DNA of 44,443 nucleotides from Basidiobolus ranarum (Eukaryota): NCBI GenBank assembly GCA_040143965.1, contig JASJQH010006905.1, positions 1 to 44,443 of the forward strand, read 5' to 3'. Shown piece by piece: positions 36,301 to 44,443 of this stretch (position 1 is its first letter; each line of letters starts with the position of its first letter). The notes under the pieces were generated by a model. It saw only the letters and a program-made list of their open reading frames with translations, ran no database searches and was not told where the DNA came from. The position numbers and the translations under genes were made by a program.

Positions 36301-39300
36301 CATACTAAGCCAGTCTCAGTATTGAAAAACTCCGTTATCTTTAGCCAACAACTGAAGGTGTAACCGGTCTTGGCACTTGGAAAGCGTTCTAACGGAAGAG
36401 TTCGTAGGCAGCCGTCGTATCCATTGAAATTGAAGAACCAACATGGGTCAAGTCTTCGAGAAATACGCTCGATAGCATGCATCATTTGACGCTGTATTTC
36501 ATCCATGAACAGCGGATCAAATCGAAATTCAAACTCATCTTGATTACGAATAGCGAAAGATCCGGAATCGAGAGTAGTGATAGTACGCTGATTGGCACTA
36601 TCGATGAATCTACCAAGCATCCCGAAGGGATCAAACGCCACATTGAAAAGCAAGGTGACCTCGCTAGAAGTGATATTGAATGACCCTAAGGCTGGGATCA
36701 AATCTATATACGGAGGGGGTTCCAGCTGCGATTCAGCGCCAGAATTGATTTCAGATACTTTCTTGTACTTGCCCTTGGAAAACAATAACTCAAGAATATA
36801 CTGCAACGCATGCCCAGCACATAAAAGCTCTTGATTTTTAGGATTGACGCGCATCATGCTTTGTAGGAGTTTGAAAAAATAATGAGAATAAGTCTCGGTG
36901 TCTTTTTCTGCCAACCGAGTCATGAATTTAAGAACCATCATCGCGGCTTCTGCATCACGAAAAGTGATATCATAAAAGCTTCCGATGAGACTCCTCTCGT
37001 TTATACTAGCGTAATCGAATGAACTTTCTGGTTCACCATTAGCTGGAGATTGAGGAGCGCATGGACTCCGGACAGAGCTATTGGAAGACTCTTTCGATGG
37101 ATCTTTTTCATTTAGAGGATTTTTCTTTATATTTGAACCCGAAAGGCCAGGGCTTGGACACTGATTTCGGAATTGACGTGCCGAGTCGATACTTGAAATG
37201 GTCCGTGAATCCTCCGAATATACTTTGGCCATCTTCGTACCGGGTACGTTGGAATCGCGTCTATCACGGACAAGAGTGGAGATGTCATTCTCAGATAGAT
37301 TACTGTGATACAGGTTGCTACCAAGAAATAGCCCAGTGTTATCGGGGATATCATTTTTTGATTGATCACTATATATACTTGATGGTCTAGAAAGTATTGG
37401 GCCAGCGCCATGTATGCTTTGCTTACTTCTTTGACGCTTATGCCCACCTCCGTCAGTGTTCTTCTTGCATAAGCCTGCTCTACGTCGCTGGACTAGTGGC
37501 AGTGGACACTCAAATAATATTGTAGGAACCACCAAATCGGCAATATAAGGCAGAACACAATTGCTGATAGCAAATGGCTCTTCATCGTCGGAATTGGCCT
37601 TAAGAGCTTGGAATACACTACCGAAAGTGGCTACCTCAAGAATGATTTGGCAGCAAACTTGATCAAGAGGTATCTGCGAAGACAAAACCACTTCTAGGAA
37701 CCCTGCATATCCAAATGTCTCCCCAAGAAAATTCTGTTTGCTCTCAAATCCAGTGAAAAAATCTCCAATAGCAACAAGGGCAGACTTCGCAACCTCAGTG
37801 TCGTCGGCATGGCTCATTATGGCTAAGAGAACCTCCATTCCACCATATTCACCAAAATGTCGCTTGGCTGACTCGCTTTTTCGAAACACCGAAGAAACTA
37901 CTTTACATAACTTAATTTGAAGCCAAGCGAGACTGGAACGTGATGTACTACCATGAGGGGATGGAATTTTTTCCAGAATGCTAGAATCGGAGTCAGCCCC
38001 GAAAGTTCTAGCATCAAAGGTCATTGAATCTGTGACTTCAATGGGTGACAGAACAGACTTGAGCAATTTGATCAACCACTTGATACTCTCAGGCCACTCC
38101 ACGCAGCAAATCAAATAATCTCGCATCAACCATAATCCAGTGTCAGCAAGAATTTTCTCACCCTCTTCGACATCTCGTCGCACCGATTCAAACACCTCGG
38201 CGCTATAATCCTCAGCAGCGCAATTAGATAGTAGGTAAGGACATATGCTTGTAAACATGATAGAGTCATTCAGTATCTCAAAGCCTTGCATGATATCGAA
38301 GAGCTCCAAGTTCCGGCTATTAGCGTCCATAAGCAAGCCGATGATCTGATAAAGGAGCATATATTGCTCTCTTACTATAATCAGAGTATATTGGATATCT
38401 TCCGTTTTGAAGCGAATAGAAAATTCGGTAGTTATTGAGGAATCAGCCGCGGGCACTTTGGAATACATCGGATTCTCCACTGCCTGGTAAACACAACGAA
38501 GCAGCTGCAAATAGATGTTCAAGTATTTCTCGTCCACTACCTGAAGTCGACACACCAAATCAGACAGCAATCGTGATACGCTTTTCATAATCAGGTTGAT
38601 GACAATATTTTGAGATGGAAGCTCTAGTTCCAATAGAAGCCGAGAATATTCCTGAATACATGTTATATGTGATGAATATACATTTTGGAAGTAGACTCGT
38701 GCAAAGAAAGTGGACTTACATGCAGGATATAATCACAATGATCGCTAAGCATCACAGACATATACTCCAATAGCCTCATAATAGAGTTAAGGTAGCGATA
38801 CAAGGGATCCTCTTCAACGGTCATTTCTCGTAAAGTCGGATCCACAGCAAGGTACAACCGTAGCTTGTAGGTTTGATCGGTTTGGCTCACCTCCTGCTCA
38901 AGTGACTATTTTGTGGGTAAGTAAAGTGTGATAAGAAAATGCGTGTCCAATGACAAGTTACCAATGCTTTTGCGACATCATCTCTGGAGCATGCAGACAA
39001 ACATGCAGAACTGAGAAGCTTCACCAGAATATCGACTCCTCCAATTTTCCATGCGGCAGCTGCGTTCAATGGATTCAACGATATGATGTCCTGAAGTCGT
39101 GCGGAAATTAGCATATGTTAGACAAAGTGCAAAATGATAAGAGGCAAACCTGAATGCATGATATAGCCTGGTTTCTGACTTCAATTCGGGAGGAGGATAC
39201 AGCAGCTCTAAACATCAACTCAAAAGCATCGAGGTTTCCGACGATCTGTTGAACGATGAGAAAGTCATAAACGCTTTAGTTACTACACAACGACATGCCA

Positions 39301-41432
39301 ATGCTAAAGCAACCATACCAAATCTTGATTCCCATCTAGAGCAATTGTAAACAAGATGTTGAAACAGTCCTAGAAACCAAGATTGGTTAATCCCGAGTTG
39401 AGATAATTGAAAGGTCACTTTCGCTTACTTGTAGGAATACTTCGTTTTCACCTATCCCACCACCTATGATTTCGTCGAATACTTTGAGCATCACAGAATA
39501 CCCATCCATTCTTCGAAATTCCAGTTGATTTTCAACATTACGAAACAACAGCTTACAAATTGTCTCTACGACATCGAGTTTGGAAACAAGATTCAATTGA
39601 ATTGTTGGATGGGAAGCGGCCTCATTGAGTATTGAAGTCAATGAAAGTAGAGCTCCTTGAACACGCATAAACTCCTAACGATAAGGCTTTAATAAACGAA
39701 TACTGAGGGCATGATGCATGCTCATTGATATCTCACCTTTAGGACATCTGAACTACTGTTCGTATCTCCAAGCTCTGTAAGCGTATCTGTTGATAATGCA
39801 GTTGTCAAAATTGGGATTCACTGTAACAGTAATTACTCTAACATATCCATACCAACATCTCCTTTATCGACCACCTCGGAAGCAGGGTCAGTAGGTGTTT
39901 CTATATACACTGGGTTAGTTAACGAAACGCCACATGTGCAATGAAAGAAAGCGGATATAATTACCACTTTTACTGGTCAGTTGTTCCAATAAGGAGCTTA
40001 CACTTTCCGTCGACGGAATAAATGCCCTATTGAAGAGTGTGAGTCAAGGATCTAATAGTAGCCGAAAATCGATAGAACGTACAGTAATGGTGCTGAGGTT
40101 TCAAGGCCTTGCTTGTTCTCTTCATTATCTTTTGTTTCGTGCAAAGCGCGTTAATATCTGAGTAAATCTCAAAGGCAAGTAAAAGTAGTAATACCATCTG
40201 GTGAATGTCCGCTCATTGTAGTAAAAACTCTACCAAGCTCGGAGATCACGAGCTCGCGAACATCTGAAACCAAATGTGAAACCTTCTCTCCTAAAGCTCC
40301 ACCGAAGAAATTGTTAGCCTCTGTAGGCATTTGATCCAATTTAGCATTGATTTCCTCCATCGAGCCTGAGAGTCCCATATTCTATATAAAAGGAAATGAG
40401 TTGGACTGGGTTGGCTTGGATATGCAAACAAGTTGAATTCACTACCGCCAACGATTCACCTCGAACTTCAAGCAAATGCTTCATCGTCTTCACAATCTCA
40501 GTGGTCAACTCTGGGTCTCCTTCTAATAGCAGTCTCAGGATTTTCTTGAATCCCTGATGACGACCTGATAAATCTTGTGAGTCGACGGCACTTGAAATCT
40601 ATGGAGTTCCACTGGTTGCTTACCTATCTCTATTTTGTTACCATCAGTCTCGCCCAGTGTACTGATAACTCGTAGAGCCAGCTTTTTCGTCTCTGTCGTA
40701 TTTAATCTTTCTAACAACAGCAAAATTCGATTGATTAAATCTGGGGTGTTTGCCACCACTTGTCGATATTTCTCTTCCTGCTAAAGTGATTAGTTATGAC
40801 CCAAGCGTATACAGAATGAGAGTAAATACAAACCTTTAATATTAGCTCCGCTACGTTTAATGCCTTATTAATAAGCTCAGCCAGCCAAGCAACGTTGTGA
40901 TTTATATTCTCTTTTGTAACCTCACTTTGATTATATGGTGAATATATAGAAGAAAAATATAAATAACTAGTTCGGTGCATGGATGTTATTCACTACTAAC
41001 CGATCGATTGTATTGAGGAGATTCATTAAAACCTCTGTACAATCCCCATAGAGTTTGTCAAGAGAGAAATCGCTTGTCAACATTGCTCCAGATGCACTCC
41101 ACTCATTATACGCATTTTGGAAAGAATCTAGAAAAGCATTAAGCTTTTGGACCATTAGCTCCACATCACTAGATTAAAATTTCAAACTAATGTAAGACAA
41201 TCTCCAATAAAAACGTAAAGAAAAATACAGGAAACAAGAATGTTTTATCATGTTTGCCCAAGCGTTGTAAAAGCAACAATCAAGCCCCTAATAAAACCAT
41301 CTTGACTGAAGAAGTAGGAATTAACGAGCCATTACTCAACTCTTTATCGGAAACTGCTTTGTACTCCTCCCAACACTTTTGAATTCTTCGATATGTTTTT
41401 CGCATCGCCCATTTCTGACGGACGGAGTTCAT
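33348..41432 (-). CDS. Very large ARM-repeat + ConA/laminin-G-like protein homologous to the N-terminal part of neurobeachin/BEACH proteins; many 5' exons and a 5.3-kb last exon; 5' end tentative
   Basis: N-terminus QKCWEEYKAVSDK..LNAFLDSFQNAYNEW, then ENQLEFRRMDGY, FFNFNGYDG..PSAKTGYTFSCWL, WRHIAFVH..LFVDG, FCGQIGSI and SIKDVITEVGGIQLCFPFLE (NBEA-like). Confidence 0.8.
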
Positions 41433-42008
41433 CTTCACAAACTCTACCTTTGAAACACGTGGATTTCGAGAAAACGTCGCTTGAAGTTGAATGTAAGATT
41501 TTGTTTACTGGCGAATATTGTTGGTTTCTGTGTTTAAATGTATTTTGATGGCATCCGTCGACAATTTTGAGTACTGAGAAATGATATATTGTTGTCACCA
41601 GAATATAACCCAATTATACACAATTTCTCTAGATATTCAAAAGTTAGGATAAAATATATTAAAGTACAATCTACGTAATTAAGAGCCGGGATAAAGTTAA
41701 GAAGGATAAGGTATAATAGTTGAACTAGAATTAGACGTTTTGTTTCGGAAATGTGAGGATATGTAGAAAAGGGGTCGAATATAGTGAGGGGGAACAAAAA
41801 TATAGATGTATCGTTACTTGTCAAATTACAAGTAGATGAAAACTAACGACAAAAGTTTACACTGAATTGTCTATGATTATCATATGATCAAGTTTGGGAT
41901 TATGTAAACTCCAGTCGGAACACGTGACTCTTGAAATCCTTAGACAAGTACAGCTTGTTGAATTATTTTCCACACCTTCTTCCACTTGGTAGATACACAA
42001 CATAGAAA

Positions 42009-42819
42009 ATGGGTCTCTTAACAATCTTGAAGAAAAATAGACAGAAAGAAAAAGAAATGCGCTTGTTAATGCTGTAAAGTAAAGTCTTACTTAAGTTCTG
42101 TCAACAAACCCTCATATCTTACATGGTAACCTTTGCCCCTTCTCAATCTAAAAACTAGAGGTTTAGACAATGCTGGAAAGACCACTATCCTTAAAAGAAT
42201 TAATGGAGAAAATATAGACATGATTTCCCCGACTTTAGGCTTCAACATCAAGACTTTAGAGCACAGCGGGTAAATTTATGTCTTAGAATTCTCGATTGGA
42301 TTATGGCTAACCGAACTCTGGATAGATATAAACTAAATATATGGGATGTCGGAGGTCAAAAGTCAATTCGCTCCTACTGGCGAAATTATTTTGAACAAAC
42401 GGATGGTTTAATTTGGGTGGTAGACTCGGCGGATCGCTTACGCATACAGGATTGCAAAAACGAACTAGCTGCTTTATTAAAAGAAGAGGTATGTGATTCT
42501 TGAAATGGGATCTTGAATATTTAAACTAAGTTTATAACAGCGACTCTCTGGTGCTACTCTGCTTGTACTTGCTAATAAGCAAGATCTAGCTGGTGCTCTA
42601 TCAGAACTAGAAATCAGAAGGGTATGTCAATTACTTCCTGTCTTCAGCAAGTTCATGGCTTCTAATTATTACATGAATATTTAGGCACTTGAGCTCGACT
42701 CTATACAAGCGCATCATTGGGCAATTCTATCTTGTAGTGCCGTAACAGGAGAAAATCTACTGACGGGAATGGACTGGATTGTTAACGACATTGCTTCCCG
42801 AATTTATCTTTTTGATTGA
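42009..42819 (+). CDS. ARL2: ADP-ribosylation factor-like GTPase 2 (Arl2/Alp41/Cin4); 5 exons
   Basis: [102 protein letters not shown]. Confidence 0.95.
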
Positions 42820-43744
42820 CATCAATAATTATTTTTGTTCCACACATAATAAATATATATACCAAACATTGGCCTTTTGTTTGTTTAAGACGCGTGTATT
42901 CCGTAAAGCACGTATAATCACAAGTGGTTTAGAGGAGAAATCTCACATTCTGAATATTCTTTGTGTTAATTTTTAGTCTTTATAATTTGTATTGTTTATG
43001 GATGAGTGTTCCCACGACTTGAAACGCAGCTAGAGTGATGACTCTCATGCTCCGTGATTAAAACTGGGATTTGTTATGAGACCGTTCCCGGCAAGTGGAA
43101 TCTCCAGACCACTCAGAACGAGGGGAACAGAGACCTAGTGAAGCACATTAACTCATGAATTCCTCAAAATAAGGGAAGTAATGTACTCTACCAAACGGTT
43201 TATGTTGTTCTATGCACATTCAGCGAAGTATTTATATCAACTGAGGTGAAAAAAATTAATATGCAGGGGGAGAGGAGCTCTCACATGGGTAATATTTGTG
43301 CTTCGTTATTTTAAGTTAATCATAATTTTATGTAATTTTCTTCTAATAATTGACGCCAATCGACATTTCCGATCGAAAAGATAGCCATTTGACACCATTA
43401 CTCCAAAATTCCGATCTATACGAAATATTCGCAGTATTCTCGACGGATAATTATGCCAACAAATTTATGGCATTCTCCAGCATGGGACACAGTTGAGGTT
43501 TCCCCAACCTTCCCCACATAGACTGATCACTAACTGATTGATTTCCCCATTCTTGAGGTTTACTTTCCCCATCATCTTTCGTTGCCCATCCATTTTATGA
43601 TACCGAGCCAATAAGATTGAATTTCATGGGCTGGCCCTGGAACAATAGGCTGTTCATCGTACCCAAAATTTTTGCTCACCAAGATAATATTTCCCTGCAC
43701 TCTAAACGTTCCTTTGTTCTTACAGCCTATTTCCAACTGTAATC

Positions 43745-44443
43745 ATGCTCATTCAAAGGACCGTTACCCGTCTTTCTCGTAACGTCGCTGCCGTTGCTCG
43801 CAGCAACGCTATCTTGACTGCCGCCAGACCTTCAGGTATCTCTCTCTTCCAAGGTAATCTTTAACTACATATATTTACTGCACTCCTATCAGTCACCTTT
43901 ATTTGTTGGCTCTCCCTCACTCCCGTACTTACACTTTATTTTCTTAAAGCTCGTCACTATGCTACCGAGAAATCCGAAGAGAAGCCTGTTACTGGTGCTG
44001 GTCGTATCCGTTCCGTAATTGGTGCCGTCGTTGACGTCCAATTCGACCAAGATAGTCTCCCACCTATTTTGAATGCCTTGGAAGTTCAAAACCACAACAC
44101 CCGCTTGGTGTTGGAAGTTTCCCAACATTTGGGTGAAAACACCGTTCGTACCATTGCTATGGATGGTACTGAAGGTTTAGTTCGTGGCCAAAATGTCTTG
44201 GATACTGGCTTCCCCATTCGTGTCCCCGTTGGTCCTGAATGCTTAGGTCGTATCATGAACGTCATTGGTGAGCCAGTCGATGAACGTGGTCCTATCAAGA
44301 CCAAGAAGATTGCCTCCATTCACGCTTCTCCCCCAGAGTTCGTTGACCAATCCACCACTCCTGAAATTCTTGAAACCGGTATTAAGGTCGTCGATTTGTT
44401 GGCTCCTTATGCCCGTGGTGGTAAGATTGGTCTTTTCGGTGGT
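43745..44443 (+). CDS. ATP2: Mitochondrial F1 ATP synthase beta subunit (5' part; runs off the window), 1 intron
   Basis: Presequence [20 protein letters not shown].., then [38 protein letters not shown] and [24 protein letters not shown]. Confidence 0.97.

Overview
Gene-dense eukaryotic DNA, AT-rich, with many short (about 55-155 nt) spliceosomal introns. Gene content and one U12-type intron point to an early-diverging fungus (Zoopagomycota/Mucoromycota-like, e.g. Basidiobolus; this is inference). Housekeeping genes: Osm1/Frd1-type fumarate reductase, peroxisomal pipecolate/sarcosine-oxidase-family enzyme, TAF3 with PHD finger, TGS1, ArgRS, THI6, a synaptobrevin, TAD2, DID2/CHMP1, a Tvp15-like membrane protein, an atypical SDR, ERG10 thiolase, V-ATPase subunit a, a very large ARM/ConA-like protein resembling a BEACH protein without its BEACH domain, ARL2 and the 5' part of ATP2. 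Secreted-protein genes lie among them: an expansin-like protein and several orphans. The best candidates for new biology are (i) a tail-to-tail pair of secreted precursors (24.4-25.9 kb) that look like Kex2-processed sources of amphipathic, antimicrobial/cytolytic-type peptides, and (ii) a 62-aa secreted 8-Cys peptide with perfect 11-residue CxxxC periodicity resembling the helical-hairpin neurotoxin B-IV. No tRNA, rRNA, CRISPR or intact transposon was recognised. Exon boundaries were read by eye, and family assignments come from recalled motifs, not database searches.
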